A stretch of DNA of 64,000 bases from Eledone cirrhosa (taxonomy: Eukaryota). The stretch is taken from the NCBI GenBank assembly GCA_964016885.1, contig OZ024746.1:37324001-37388000 (forward strand), given 5' to 3'. Under the pieces are notes generated by a model. It was given only the letters and a program-made list of their open reading frames with translations. It did no database searches and had not been told where the DNA came from. The translations under genes and the position numbers were made by a program. This document shows, one piece after another, positions 14,667 through 33,363 of the stretch (its first letter is position 1; every line of letters starts with the position of its first letter).

Positions 14667-14861
14667 TAATAATAATTGTTTCTACTTTTGGCACAAGGCC
14701 AGCAATTACCCAGTGCATTACTGGTACTTTATTTTATCGACCCCGTAAGGATGAAAAGAAAAGTTAACCTCGGCGGGATTTGAACTCAGAATGGCAAGGG
14801 CCGTAACTCTATGCGTCAAAGCATGGCGTCCGACCCTCTACCGATACTGTCAATCCACCGT
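14667..14861 (-). mobile_element. tRNA-derived SINE, full length
   Basis: Minus strand reads GGTGGATTGACAGTATCGG...GAGTTCAAATCCCGCCGAGG...TCATCCTTACGGGGTCGATAAAATAAAAGTACCAG...(ATT)n. Confidence 0.85.
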
Positions 14862-14916
14862 CATTACATATGTTAAACAAAAAAAAAATATATAATAATA
14901 ATAATAATAATAATAA

Positions 14917-17605
14917 TGTGAGTGGTCAAATCAAGGAAATGAGAAATGACATAGGAAAGCTTGAGTCACTACTGAATGGAACACTAAAGAACATAGGCAC
15001 TAAAAATAGACTGGAAATAAAGTACAAGACTAGGAGGAAAAAGCTAAATATTATCATAGAGGAACTGAAGCAACGCATTGTAGCAAAGAGTGCAAAAATC
15101 AGGCGATACGAGAACAGAGTCAGTCAGTATAAACAGAACCGCATGTTCGACAACAACCAGAAGATGTTGTTTGGACAGCTTGAGGGGAAAGAAAGAGGTA
15201 ACGACTTGATCCCTGGGGCGGAACAAACTAAAACATTCTGGAGAGGAATATGGGAGGAGGATATTAGACATAATGACCAGGCAGGGTGGATTGAGACAGT
15301 ACAGAGGGAGATCGGTGAGCAGGAGCACCAACAAACTGATTTGAGTATCACAGTTGAAACTCTCAAGGGGCAGGCCAAAAAACTAACCGACTGGAAATTG
15401 CCAGGCCCAGATGGTGTGCAGGGGTATTGGATTAAAAATTTAACATCTCTCCACCCGAAGCTGACGGCCATGTTCAATGACTGCTTGGTGTCGGGTGAGG
15501 TGCCAGAGTTGTTGACAAAAGGTACCACAGTTCTGATAATGAAAGACCGAATCAAGGGTAATGATGTTACCGACTATAGACCTATCACATGTCTGTCCGT
15601 AATGTGGAAACTGTTGACGAGCATTGTGTCTGAGGAAATCTACCATCACCTCCACACAAACAACTTGTTACCGGACGAACAGAAAGGATGCCGAAAGAAG
15701 TCACGTGGTACAAAGGACCAGTTACTTATTGATAAGATGGTAATGGGGAATTGCAGGAGGAGACACACTGATCTTGCCATGGGATGGATAGACTACAGAA
15801 AGGCATTTGACATGGTGCATCATTCTTGGATCACCAAAAGCCTGGAGATCTTCTAGGTGGCAGATAACATCAGACAGTTGCTGGGCAGGAGTATGGGGTC
15901 CTGGGAGACAGAGTTGACATCAACTGGAGAATCCTTGGGAAGCGTGAAGATCAAGAGAGGTATCTTCCAGGGAGATAGCCTTTCACCTCTATTGTTTGTC
16001 CTTGCCTTGATGCCCTTGACCATTATGCTGTGAAAAGTGAGAGCAGGATACAAGTTGGGAAAGGGAGAGCTTACCATCAATCACCTCCTCTTCATGGACG
16101 ATCTTAAGCTCTTCGGGAAGAGTGAGAAGGAGTTGGATGTGATTGTTGACACTGTCCGTATTTTCAGCAGTGATATATGTATGCAGTTTGGTATTAGTAA
16201 ATGTGGAGTAATTGTGATGAGGAGGGGTAGGTTGAGCAGAAGTAACGGAATCCAGATACCAACAGGTGAGATGATAAAGGAAATTGACTCTGAGGAAGGA
16301 TACAAGTATTTGGGCGTTCTGGAGACTGATGGCATAAAGAACAAAAAAATGAAGGAATTGTTAAGAACTGAATACATTCGGAGAGTAAGGAGCGTATTGA
16401 AGTCACATCTGAACAGCAGAAATGCCATAAGCGCAGTAAATTCCCGAGCCGTGTCTATTATTAGGTACAGTGCGGGAATTCTGAGATGGAATGTTGCTGA
16501 ACAAAAAGAAATGGATAGGAAGACTAGGAAGCTATTGACTATCTACAACATGTTCCACAAGAGGAGTGATGTCGAAAGACTCTACCTAAGGAGATCTGAG
16601 GGTGGAAGAGGTTTTATCAGCATAGAGGACTGTGTTCAGATGGAGAAAAACAACCTATACAAATACGTGACTGATAGTAAGGAGCCAATGCTCAGAACTG
16701 TACCGAAGGAGGGGACAGTAGGCCAGGGGATGTCCAAGGAGGAAATAACATCAAGGAGAAAGAGCAGCCTTCAGGGAAAATCCCTTCATAGTACCCTCTT
16801 TGAGAAAACTGAATTCAGAGATCCACAGACATGGAACTGGTTGAGAAGAGGAGACCTCAAAAAGGCTACAGAAGGAATGCTAATGGCTGCGCAGGAGCAG
16901 GCCCTCAAAACGAAGTGGTTGAAGCACCATATTTACAAGGAGGAGGCTAGCCCACTGTGCAGGATTTGTGGAGAGAGAGAGGAGACTGTGGCCCACATTG
17001 TATCCGAGTGTAAACACCTAGCCCAGACCCACTATAAGGGCTGGAGACATGATGTGATGGGCAGGGTGAACCACTGGCACCTGTGCAAAGTAAACAATCT
17101 ACCACATTCTGAGAAATGGTATGAGCATAGGCCAGAGGCGGTGATGGAGAACGATCAGGTGAAGGTGCTGTGGGATTTTAGGATACAGACGGACAAGAAA
17201 CTGGAACACAATAGACCTGACCTGGTGGTTGTGGACAAAGAAAAACGATCGTGTCTGATTGTGGACGTGGCCTGCCCATTCGACACGAGAGTGCAAGAGA
17301 AGGAGAGGGAGAACATTAACCGATACCAGGACCTAAAGTGGGAGGTGAAAAGGATTTGGAACTGCCATGAAGTCAAAGTGATCCCGATTGTCATAGGCGC
17401 ACTGGGGACTATCTCCAAAAGTTTCCAGGGATGGTTAAAGAAAATCGGCCCCTTCACGCTTTTTGGAACGCTTCAAAAGGCATGCTTGCTGGGAACAGCA
17501 ACAACCCTCCGATACGTCCTGAATATCTGAGGCTGCAGGAAGTGGCTTGATATTCATTCCAACGGACTTTCCAGTTAACCAACATCAATGACTGAGATTC
17601 AAGGA
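14917..17605 (+). mobile_element. R4/Dong-clade non-LTR retrotransposon (RT, CCHC, restriction-like endonuclease), family A, 5'-truncated
   Basis: One frame with two premature stops (TAG 15854, TGA 16031). Motifs PGPDG, YRPITCL, QGDSLSP, LFMDD, CRICGEREETVAHIVSEC, RHD, RPDL..DVACP. (AAT)n on both sides. Confidence 0.92.
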
Positions 17606-17635
17606 ATAATAACAACAATAATAATAATAATAATA

Positions 17636-18910
17636 ACGATACAAACATTCGAAAATTCTTAACCATGCACAGAATGCATCACCCTAAGTCAGATATAGAT
17701 AGAATATATCTCCCTAGGAAAGAAGGAGGACGTGGGTTAATCCAGTTAGACATTGCGTTGAAAACTGCAACAATTGGATTATCTACATATCAAAGGGAAT
17801 CACATGATTGGATGATCAAACTCGTTTTGAAACACGAAAGCATCAACAGATCATATTCCATTGCAAAAGATGCACAAAGATACATTAATGAACTACAAAT
17901 TTCAGAAGTCCCATTTACTGCTGAAATTGAAAACTCAGAAAAAGCAAAGCAGGTAAAAGTAACTGCAAAGCAAGAACTGCTACAGAAACTGGCTAAGAAA
18001 TGGCAAGAAAAGCCTCTGTATGGAAAATACCCAGAGCGAGCTAACAATCCTGATGTTGACAAAACTTTAACCCATCAGTGGTTGGCATCCTCTGGACTGA
18101 AATCGGAGACTGAAGGACTGATTATATCAGCACAAGATCAATGTCTGCCAACAAAAAATTACCAAGCCAACATAATAAAAAATGGGTGCAGCCCATTATG
18201 CCGTGTATGCAAAAAACAACCAGAGACCATTGATCATATAATTTCAATGTGCAGTCCTATAGCTCAAACTGAATACCTAAAAAGGCATGACAGAGCTGCA
18301 CAATACATACATTGGATAATGTGTAAGCATTTTGACCTGCCCCATCAAAAGAATTGGTGGGAGCATCAACCACCTCCCATACTTGAAAAAGATCACATCT
18401 CAATCTTGTGGAACTTTAGCATCCAAACAGACCGAAAAATAGATGCAAATAGACCTGATATAATATTGAAGGACTTTAAAAAGAGGGTATGCCGGCTAAT
18501 TGATATGTCTGTTCCAATAGACATGAATGTATCTATAAAATCATTTGAAAAATTGAGCAAGTATGAGGACCTGGAGATAGAAATTGGGAAAATGTGGAAA
18601 TTGAGAACTAAAACAATACCAGTGGTTGTAGGCGCACTGGGAATGATACCTAAGGGGTCTAATGATTACTTATCGCAAATCCCAGGGAACCTGCGTATAG
18701 GAGAAATACAAAAGATAGTACTAATGGGAACTGTTAATATACTAAGGAAGATTCTGTCAATATAAGTACATCACAAGTCTAAACACTAAAGATGCGTGTG
18801 TTAGTATGTATGTTCTTTCTTGAACATGGCGGACCTTGTTGTCTCTTGAGATCACTGGTTGTGACTTGGTGATAACACGTATGAACATAAAGCAAGATAA
18901 ATGCAACTGT
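17636..18910 (+). mobile_element. R4/Dong-clade element, family B, 3' fragment (CCHC, RLE, 3' UTR)
   Basis: ORF 17665-18765 has RIYLPRKEGGRGL, CRVCKKQPETIDHIISMC, RHD, RPDI..DMSVP, VVVGALG. Bounded by (AAT)n. Confidence 0.9.
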
Positions 18911-18919
18911 AATAATAAT

Positions 18920-20168
18920 CAGAGAAGAACCAGACTGGGGTCGAAAAATCAGCTAATGGTTCAAACCTTCCCATCCCTTCGGAGCTGGAGACCTCCCATA
19001 ACCGGAATACTCCTACTGTTGGCCCGGCATGCTCACCACCAAGAAATCCAAAGATAAAGAGAGAAAAATGGTCATGGGAAGATAATAAAGAAGTCCTTGA
19101 GGCTTTCTACACTGCCATGTACTACCCATCAAATACATCGAATACAGAACAGCCATATATCAACTGGAAAAAGAAACATCCCGAAAACAGAGTCTATATT
19201 GACAGTAACAAACTAGCCAATATACGAAGAAATATTGTAAAAAAAAAGTTACTAACTGATATAGAAATTGATCAGATCAAGCTATTAGCACAAAGTCAGC
19301 GAAGGGAAAATGAAACATGTGTCAGTGAAAACGAGGTAAATTGTAACACTTCGAATCCCAGGTTTGGGGCGGTATCACTAACAACAGAACAAATTAAAGA
19401 AAGGATCGAAAAAGTGGAGGGAGTGCATGCTCAAGATGAAACTCCAAATGAAAACAATGAGATCGTAAATGATAAAGAAATGAATGAGAATGAACTTGCC
19501 AACTTGAAGGATGAAATTATGATCGAATGGATGACAATGAAAGAATCTGACATGGGGGAACGAGGCACCCTCCCTAAGATCCAGAACTCCAAACAGAACC
19601 AAAAGATAATACACAAGACTAACATAATTCTCAAAAACATTATCATCACAAACAAACTAAACATTACTGATTTAAATCATCTCTAATATGCATCGGCTAA
19701 AGTCACCACTCACTTGTGGAGAGTGAAGATGAAAAAACAAAGGAATTCCCACAAAAAATCTACTTGGCAAGAGAACATCAATCGCCAAATAAACCTTCTC
19801 CGATCTGACATAGAAATGTTAACAAACTATAAAGTAGGTGAACATGTTAAACAAACTAAACTTAGAAAATTGAAAAGAAAGTACAGTATAAAATCAACAA
19901 GTGACATAGACATGCTGATAGAAATAATCAAGCAAAAAGTGTCGGCCAAAGCTGTTCGTATAAGGCGCTTTGAAAAACGATCTAGATTCTATAAGGACTA
20001 ATATGTTCAAAACCAACCAAAGAAACATCTGCAGAAAAATTGGTAAGTCAACAATAACTGCTAAATCATGTTCTTTCTTGAACATGGCAGGCCTTGTTCT
20101 CTCTTGAGGTCACTGGTTGTGACTTGGTGATAACTCGCATGAACATAAAGCAAGATAAATGCAGCTGT
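18920..20168 (+). mobile_element. R4/Dong-clade family B, internally deleted copy (N-terminal ORF joined to 3' UTR)
   Basis: Decayed N-terminal region (..KQKVSAKAVRIRRFEKR, homologous to KQRIVAKSAKIRRYENR in family A) jumps at about 20066 to a 3' UTR matching 18809-18910, then (TAA)n. Confidence 0.8.
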
Positions 20169-20523
20169 AATAATAATAATAATAATAATAATAAGGACGA
20201 AGAAGAAGAAGAAGAAGAAGAAGAAGAAGGAAGATGAGGAGGAGGGGGAGGCAGATTGATGGTTTACGAACACTCATGACACATTGCAGAATCATATAGC
20301 TTCGCGTAGCATGTTGTAATCAAGGAATTATTTAATTGGAAAATGTTGGCTAATGTAAGCGCCTTGTTTTAGACGGATCACAGTCTCGTATAAATATGTA
20401 TATTTGTACCTGTGGGTGTGTACATCTATGAGTGTGATTTTTTGTTTGTGTGTTTGTATGTGTATGCACGTCTTTTAAGTGGATTGTATTGGAGTCAGAT
20501 AACAAATGTTCCTTCAGAACACC

Positions 20524-20574
<51 letters not shown>

Positions 20575-20761
20575 CAATATCGGAGAAAGGTTTTTAGCGA
20601 TACTCCGGCCAACTCACTCAACAAACATTAGGAAATAAGTCATTACATTCCCAATTATGCGTTCGGGATGCTACCTAAAAGTATTGCTTGGAAAATTGGG
20701 TGTATTATTTCATATGAGACATATCTAATATATCTCTTCCCATATATATATATATATATAT

Positions 20762-23985
<3,224 letters not shown>

Positions 23986-23986
23986 T

Positions 23987-24515
<529 letters not shown>

Positions 24516-25392
24516 ACGAGAGACGGAGAATATCTACAATTGTAAATTACTGATTTTATTTTCAATAGTTCGGCACTTAGCGTTTATTTCTCTTTTAGTT
24601 TTGATTGACGTGTCAATATAATTGCAACTTTTTAAAGATTTATTTTCCAAAAATTAATAACGTTATTCTGGATTGGTCCAAAACTCGTACGGGAAATTTA
24701 AACAATGCTATATCTACATTGATAACTCAATGTAATATAACTATCAAGAATACTGTACCCGTTATGATCCTTAGACAATAACAGTGCTTAATTAGGCAAC
24801 TGACAAACGTGTACAATATTTTATCGTGATATAGTTTTGGTCCTTCGACGTAAATGAATATAATATGCTATTATTACTTTGATGGTGTTCATAGTAAATG
24901 TGATATTTACCAGAAATTCTAATTACTGCGGAATTTCAACAAGGAGTTTAAAAAAAACATATTTCCTGAGTTCATTCGTCTTGCCCGAAATGACATCTAT
25001 CCTGTTTACCAAGGTCTGTTTGCAAAATATACAGACTGGTTTATATTTGTATTGAATATAAAGCTGACTTGGCAACTGGAAATATATTGATATTGTTTGT
25101 TGGCATTACGATAAAATATTAATACTATCTAAACTATAATAAAGTAAGGAGTGCGGCATTGCGTACGGTTTATAATGTGTTATACCATTAGTAAAATAAG
25201 TAGAATTATTGAATAAACAATGAATGCATATTACATAATTCACTGTACTAAATTTCGTAGCTGTTGATTAAATATATTTATTGATTATTTAAAGTATCAC
25301 TGATGTATCATGTCTACATGTATATATACTTACGTATAATATCAATACACACTTTAGCTGAAAACCACCCGAAGGGTGCTTTTTCTTCTAGT

Positions 25393-25602
25393 TAATAATA
25401 ATAATTTTTCACCAGGCCAGCAATTTGTGGGGAGGTTAAATACTATTAAATCGAACCCAGGGAATAACTGGTCCCTTATTTTCATCCGTAAGGATGAAAG
25501 GCAAAGGTAAGCTCGGCGGTATTTGAAATCAGAACGCAAAGGGCCGTAACTCTATGCTACACATCATATTTTCCGTCACTTTATTGATACTGCCAATCCA
25601 CC
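25393..25602 (-). mobile_element. tRNA-derived SINE, variant subfamily
   Basis: Same head and central domain as 14667-14861, with an extra GTGGGGAGG...TCGAACC segment near the tail. Confidence 0.8.
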
Positions 25603-26564
25603 GACTTCAATAATAATATTAATAAGAATAAGAATAACGACGAAGAAGAAGAAGAAGAAGAAGAAGAAGAAACAATATATTTTGGTTTCCTTTTTACTTG
25701 GAGTGTAGTGTATAAGTTTTTGATAGCAATGTTCACAGCGACAGACATCAGTTGGTACATGAATGATTTCACATAGGATAATTTAGTGGAATATTTCAAC
25801 ACTGTGGGTAATTTCCCGACTGTAGTGTACAGTACAATATATAAAACATTACTTCATGAAATACACGACGTAAAAAAAATGAAAATAGAGTAGAAATCAA
25901 CAACAGACTAAATTATGTTTTCGGGAACGTGATAAAGTCAAGAATCTAATTAAAGATGGGCATGTAGAATATACGTGCCAAAGATCACGATTTAATTTAA
26001 AATAATATTTCTAAAATTGAATTTCTAAATTCACACGAAAGAGTACTATCTATGGAAATGAGCAATAATGAGGATGTCGATATTCTACAAGTTTGTTAGT
26101 TATACTTATTTTTATACATCTACGTACATATACACATTATTATCAACATGTATATATACAAAAACATCAAATCATGCACATATGTATGTAAATACGTGCA
26201 TACAGAGGTGAAAACATTCATCCATATATACATGTGCGTGGAGTGTGGAAGTGAGGTGTGTGTTTCCCAGCGTCAACGAAAGTCACAATTGTTACAATAA
26301 CATGATAGCCTTTGCGTAAAAATAACATGCATGTTGTTGAGCATTCTACAGTCACGAGTATACATAATCTAAATCTCAGGAAGTTTCAGCGAGTCAGAGT
26401 GTCAAAAGTTTGACAATTTATATCACAGGCACAACTCATTTTGGCTGAAAATAATTGGAATATATATACACACGCACAAATGGGTTCGGCCGCGCACACA
26501 CACACGCACGCACACGCATACGGACTCACAGACACAAGTATATATATATATAAATATATAATTG

Positions 26565-26910
26565 AACAAGTGAAGAATAACATGGTGGTCAACAGTACAA
26601 AAAAGGGGATTTATTTACAGTCTGACAATTGTTTCTCTGATTAAGTTGTCTAAAAATTGCTGACCACTAGAAGCAGTGACACTCAATTTCAAATACGATG
26701 CTATAATTTGAATTTGTACATTTGCTGGTTGTATATATTTTTTATAACAGTTTTTGATGATCTGATTAGGCTAGCACGTATTTGAAATTGAATGGCACTG
26801 TTTCTTGTGTTCAGCAATTTTTATATAACATAATCAGAGAAACAATTGTTAGACTGTAAATAAATCCCATTGTTTATACTGTTGATCATGTTATTCTTCA
26901 CCTTTTCAAT
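26565..26910. mobile_element. Fold-back element containing a type I HHR (26747-26857, + strand)
   Basis: Arms ~26565-26703 and ~26773-26910. HHR reads ACAGTTT-TTGATGA-TCTGATTA...TAATCAGA-GAA-AC aatt GT-T-AGACTGT. The left arm keeps the GTC triplet. Confidence 0.7.
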
Positions 26911-27056
26911 GTTATTACTCCAACAGGAACTTACATAGGAATACAATTGAAATCATAAACTCGTCAGCTACGTAAACTATCCATACGCTAAACCTATCCA
27001 TAATAATAAGTATTCAAAACCTCTAACTGGATTACCTATAACGATATTTTGTTATC

Positions 27057-27138
<82 letters not shown>

Positions 27139-30100
27139 TATATATATATGTTCCTTCTCTTACATTTATTCTACTAAATATATATCATTTTGGCAGTATT
27201 TTATTCATACATAGTTCCAAAGAGTAGCAGGCCTGTTTTATTATAATATAGATTCCCCCATTGGTATGCCTATACGTTGTTTTTCTCGTCTTCCGAACTG
27301 CTACCACATTCTACTTTATGGAAAGAGAGTAACTCGAAGCCATTCTTTCACAGTTAGCAATAACCGTCCTTTATTTTGCACGGACATTACTGTTTTGAGT
27401 ATTCGATACTTGCACATTTCTTGTCTCAAGATTACTTGCAGGCATCCATCAGAGTGGGGTTTTATAATTATAAAAACTTGTACTTATTAAGAATAAACAG
27501 TACTTTGGTTTTTTAGGATACGTTGTGTTTGTTCTATGTAGACGTCGTCATATCATTTACATTTAATCAAAAGTCTAAAATCTATCACAAAATCGGTGGC
27601 TCTTCATTTCGGCGCTTATTTTGGTTTGTGCAGCGTTAAGGAAATGAAAGTACATGACTCCCTCTTGGACTTGTCACCAGGCCAATGCAGGTTTAAACCC
27701 ACAGCTACGGGATGGTACTCATATTCAGATGAGTATACTGGAGTGACGTGATATTTTTTGCTCAAAATCACAAATCAGATGAATCGAACGAAAGGCGTTG
27801 TGACAGTAAATCCAACATACATACCACTAAACCACGCGCGTTTAATATTGTATATTAAATGTTTTGATGAAGAGCTAAATATATTTCCAATTAGATTGCA
27901 AGTCTCGCAATTAGGCCGAAGACAACCTTTTACTGTTGGTCTCCCGTTTGCGGTGAAGAATATTGCACTGGTGAGTAGTTTTTAAAAGAGACTTGGGTCG
28001 TCGCCGCTGTTTTCAAAATTATTATTTATGTTGGTAATGGTTGCGGCGATGTAGATCTCTCAAATTACTCTCACATATGTGGATCATAACGTATAACATT
28101 TGATGATCATGGCTGTAATGTGTATGATGGTTTTTATATTAGTTATGGCGTTGATATCATTTGATATATTGTTATAAATGCGATATTAGTGATAACATAG
28201 TCTGCTTGACATGTAGATAGTCATGATGATGACTATGATGCTGCTAGTGATGATTAAGATGTCTTTCTTTATTTTGGCGATTGTGATGAGAATAATGCCG
28301 ATGGTGAATTACACTGGGATGTTGATAATGATGGAGATGATATAGGTGGTGTTGAAGGTGGTATGGGAGACTGTTTATTCAAAGGTAATTCAGTCCTAAT
28401 AGTTTCCGATAAAGCTGAAGGTGAAGTTTACTCTGTTTGCTCTCCTAATGATTATTATTATTATTTGTTTAGATAATATTGAGGATGTTACCTATATTAT
28501 ATACAGTTATCAAAGTAGACATTGTAACTATTGTGGTACTGTTAGAGATAGGTGTATCAATGTTAGCGTGTGTTGTCATGGTGACAATGAGGATAATATT
28601 AGTAAATTATTGAAGCTAATGCGTTGACATTGTTAGAGGTGAAAGTGTTAATGGCTATGTTAGACAGAGACAGATTCTGATGGAGGTCAGGCTGTTTGGA
28701 CAGTTTTGTCGTTTATAATACTGTATAGATTGGAGCAGTGACAGTAAGATATATATTAGTAGAATAACGGTACCAGCATTGAGAATTGTAATGAATAATG
28801 TGTGATAATTTTGCAGTATAGATAACACGATTATATGGTAGATAAAATCTGGCGATGATTAACAACTTATACTAACGAATTTAGTTGAATTTTATAGTAT
28901 TATTGGTGTTCTGTGTTTAGTGGGTTCGATGTATGCTGTTAAGAATAAAGCAAAAATAGGTTCATATGCCTTCCAGATATTGCTATTTCACGTATTGCTA
29001 TCAAATCTATATATATGATACCAATGGATTATTTTGTCTTAGGAACTATAATGTGTGAGCAGAGGAAGCTTTGTTTACTATTTCTAGCATGTCGAGTGTC
29101 GAGTCACTACATAAAGCCATCTTAATTGATTTGTTGTGTATGTTTTCCTGCTTGGTTTTTCATCTTATTAGACCAATTATATTATCCTGGTATTGCTGCT
29201 GTTATTGTGGTTTTCAATTATCCCCAGGTCACTTCAGATCAATGAGATTGCTTATCAAAAATATTTCAATCATCAATATACAATTTTCTTTTTAGATACC
29301 GGGTATCAAACTCATGTATCTAAGTATTGTTTAAAACGTAAAATGTTTGGCAGTGTCATATATCTACTGGCGTAGTTGTTGTTGATGGTGTTGTTTTTAA
29401 TGGAGATGATGATGATGATGGTGATGAGGATGAGAATTATGAAGCTGTACCCAATGTTATTGGTACTATGCTGACGTTCAGGTCCAGGTAAAACCTGATT
29501 GCGCGCACATATGACTCCAAACGTTCTACCCATGTCCATTAAATTGTGTTTTCAGACATAGTCATCATAGGCCACATTGTCATGTATATCTTTCCTGTTG
29601 TAAAAATGTCTCTTGTCCTGTGCTTTAAGAGTTAATTAGTAACAATTTATAACACATTTATTGACTACACACACCGCCTTTCACCAACACACGTGACTGC
29701 GGTTTTTTCATGTTGTTGCGGTGGTTGTGTTGTTGAATATGATCATATTTATCTTAGAAGAGATTTTAGAAAGTGCTAAATGATTGCACATGCTGGGTTG
29801 GTCGAAATGAAAAACATTCAGGTTCTAGAGGGTTCAACGTAATGAATGATGACATTACGGCTGTATGATATACGATGTTATACATTGTGTCAAGTTTGCA
29901 AATCTGATGATTTTCTGATTCTGAGTATAATGGACTATAAGGCAATGCTTCAGTTCATGAAAAAGATCATCGTGTAATGTTTTATGTTATAGACTTAAGG
30001 CCCTCTTGACGAAAAGTATTGTTTCTCATCTAACGTAAAATACATAAGCGTTGCTAACACTAATATTCAGCAGCTCCATTTCCTTGATAATGTGACATTT

Positions 30101-32443
30101 ATCGTTAGATTATTATAAATTATGCCTACGGTTGAATTTTAGCGTTTCCATTACAGTGGTTTGTGTGTAGTATGTGACAGTAATGTTAGAACAGATCAGT
30201 GTTGTAACTTTAGTTTTTATTTCATGTAAATGTAAACACATAAATTATGGCTTATAGCATGACTTCAAGCTCCCTGGATTTCAAATTCCCTCACCTTTTA
30301 TATCCTATCAAAAATCACTGACATTCTACTTCTAGTCACTGGAAAGATCATGAATAATCTGTGAAGATATTCTCTATTTTATTTTTTTATTTTTATTTTT
30401 TGGCATACATTCAACCCTGCCAACTGAAAATTATAAATACCATTATACTACACCTACATGCGATAAGGTTACAATTTGCATTTTATGTGGCCTACCTGCG
30501 GCCGTCAAATTATTGGACGTTCTCTGTTTGATAAAATAAGTCCCAGTCAAGTGATTGGGAAACTAACATTCCTGGGATATTTGATGTGTACCTCCATTAC
30601 ATTTAAATATGATTATTATTCAATTAATGTTATTACATTCATTGGAACGAATAACGTGCTTAGAATGTTGGATTTGAATTACGGTAGATAATTAGAAGCG
30701 ATTGAAATCAACTTTGCAATTTACATTTGTAGTGATAGAAAGATGTGATATGGTAGGTCACTAGTCTCGATGAAATCGACTAAATCTTATATCTTCAATT
30801 GTGTACTTGGCAATCGACATTCGAGTGAATAAGATAAAAAGGCATAATGAGGATGTGTCGCATTGAATATCATGAGATATTTAGATGCATTCCTTCATAT
30901 TCAGAGCTTTTGCATTAGAGGGGTGACACTTATTTCATTGCAACCGAGGTATGACGTAACTTAACTGCTTTGCTGGTAAACGATAGTATTAAGTTCCCGT
31001 ACTCCTGTTCAAGTCGCAGGTGTACCTATTGACATTGAGCATTCCTCAGACAGGGCCCTTCTCTCTCGAGGCCCGATTATAGCGGGATTTATTCTCTTCC
31101 AGCAAAGGAGTAAAAGTGATATATATATATAGAGAGAGAGAGAGAGGAAGAATCAACCCCAGTATTAGATTGTTAAGTTGTTGTATTGACCTTTAAAAGA
31201 TGAACATGAAACTTGACCTTAGCGGCGTTCGAGCAGGAAACGCTAGCAAATAACTTAAAGCACGCTATACTACATTCGGCCAATTTGCCATGACATAATG
31301 TTTTGCTATTAACAAACAAACAGTTTTGAATCGCTATATTTAGAGAAACATGTTCAATCGATATTTTCAAATTCGTACAATTTTTGGAGCGGGTAAATAG
31401 ATACATGTCATGTACAGCTGTCAATTTGTTTGGCAACCGAGTCATCGTTTTTCAGAACGCATAAGTATGTAGATAACCAAATATAATGCATCGGAGCTTT
31501 TAGAATTTTCTTCACAATAAATTCAGATAAATACACATGCTGAAAATTCATACATAGCCAAACTATCTTCTACGTTTTCTGCATGATTGTCAGGCTGAAT
31601 TTCATTTCAGACAGGAAATGAAATTGTTTGGGAGTCTGTTGAAATATTTGCGAAACCATTTTGCAAAGTTATTAAAATGGCATGGCATGTATGTTCTATT
31701 ATAATTACTCCGAGGACATCTTAAGTCACTACGTATATTTTCTTGTTCACAATATTGGGACATAATCCATCTGATATACCTCTAAATCCTTCTTGGATTA
31801 CTTATGAATATTGTAACGAAAAAGTATCACAGATTTGTCCATAAGAAAACGATGTTTCTTTTACTTATGGCGTATTGAAATGTCTGCATGCAAATTTGCA
31901 GATGTTTACATTTATTTTAAGGCATAATAGTAACTTAAAATAAAACAAGTAACAGATTATTTTTAAAGCTTGTGTTTTGGAGAATAAGCAATAGGAATGG
32001 ATTATATAATTTTCCATTGTAGTTATATATCATGTTGTATGTAATAGAATAAGATGTCTCAAACATTGGCGTTAGCAATATTGTTCTTATTGTCATATTC
32101 TAGCCTAATTAGCAGAAGTTAATATTTCCTTTTTTCTGCTTCTCGCCTCATTGTTTTTTTTTTTATTAATTTAATGTAAAACATACCGTATGAACTAAAA
32201 TAAGTTAATTCTCATTAAAAATAATACGTTGGAAACTAGAAACCAAAACAGCCATTTGTAATTACTTTTGAAGTGTATTTTACTTCAACGCATCTTTTAG
32301 CTTTATGGACCTTGTTATAAGATTCGACTTACAATTTCTTTCTAATTTAAAATTAATATTTTCTTCATAAACAAATTAAATTTGACGAGATGTTTTCTAC
32401 TGACAGAAATAGCTGTCTGCATGTCCAGCAATATAACAACATT

Positions 32444-32533
<90 letters not shown>

Positions 32534-32673
32534 AATGTTGTTATATATATATATATATATCTAATGAACAAATAGATGTTACAAATAACAAGAACTCCAA
32601 GATGGGCACCTGTCGAAAATGACTCGCACACTTTAGAACGATATCGATATTACTGATGTTCGATTTCTTTCAG

Positions 32674-32774
32674 CGCGTCTAACAAGATGATTAATCCCAA
32701 TCCCAGATTATTTTACCACACAAAGACCGACAAAATATAGTTCAGTGAATATGGACATTGCCGATGAATCAAAG
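32674..32774 (+). CDS. Candidate first coding exon (ATG at 32751, MDIADESK)
   Basis: Acceptor TTCTTTCAG, donor AAG|GTGAGC, ATG context GAATATGG. Phase 0, compatible with the candidate exon at 46066. No homology recognised. Confidence 0.25.
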
Positions 32775-32991
32775 GTGAGCAACGAGCATTCCTTATGTAA
32801 ACCTATTTCGCAAGGACAAACAGAAAAATAAAAAGTGTTCTGCATTTAAATCGAGCAAGAAGTTACTAAAATCATAAGTTAGAGGTTTGTAGACAAAAAG
32901 ACATGACCAAAGAAGACTCGCAGAGATGAAAACAGAGACTAATAATTGCCGTTCATGAACAGTGTTGCAGCTCCAAGGGAAAGAAGGAGAG

Positions 32992-33037
<46 letters not shown>

Positions 33038-33040
<3 letters not shown>

Positions 33041-33224
33041 AACAAGTAAGACCCCGACGGCTGAGCTCAAGCCGTTTCGACGGCTAATTCTGAATTAGCC
33101 GTCGAAACGGCTTGAGCTCAGCCATCGGGGTCTTACTTTTTCCTATTACCCACTCTACTACCCTAAGTATTGAGTACTTTGGTGCGTTATGGTCCACTTG
33201 GTTCCTTACCACATTTCCTTAGTT
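33038..33224. mobile_element. Small fold-back of the 2031-family terminal repeat (3' half of HHR in each arm)
   Basis: Perfect inversion centred at GCTAATTC-T-GAATTAGC (~33091). (TA)n on both sides. Confidence 0.85.
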
Positions 33225-33269
33225 ATATATATATATATATATGTGTGTGTGTATGTGTATGTGTGTGTG

Positions 33270-33319
<50 letters not shown>

Positions 33320-33332
33320 TGTGTGTGTGTAT

Positions 33333-33363
<31 letters not shown>

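Noticed and set aside
15854-16033. Programmed readthrough of the two in-frame stops in the R4/Dong ORF
   Set aside because: Both are simply explained as single C>T changes (CAG>TAG, CGA>TGA) in a truncated dead copy.
27950-29750. Ser/Thr/Pro/His-rich coding-looking stretch on the minus strand
   Set aside because: The frames I translated hit frequent stops. It looks like decayed (GAT/GGT/GTT)n low-complexity DNA.
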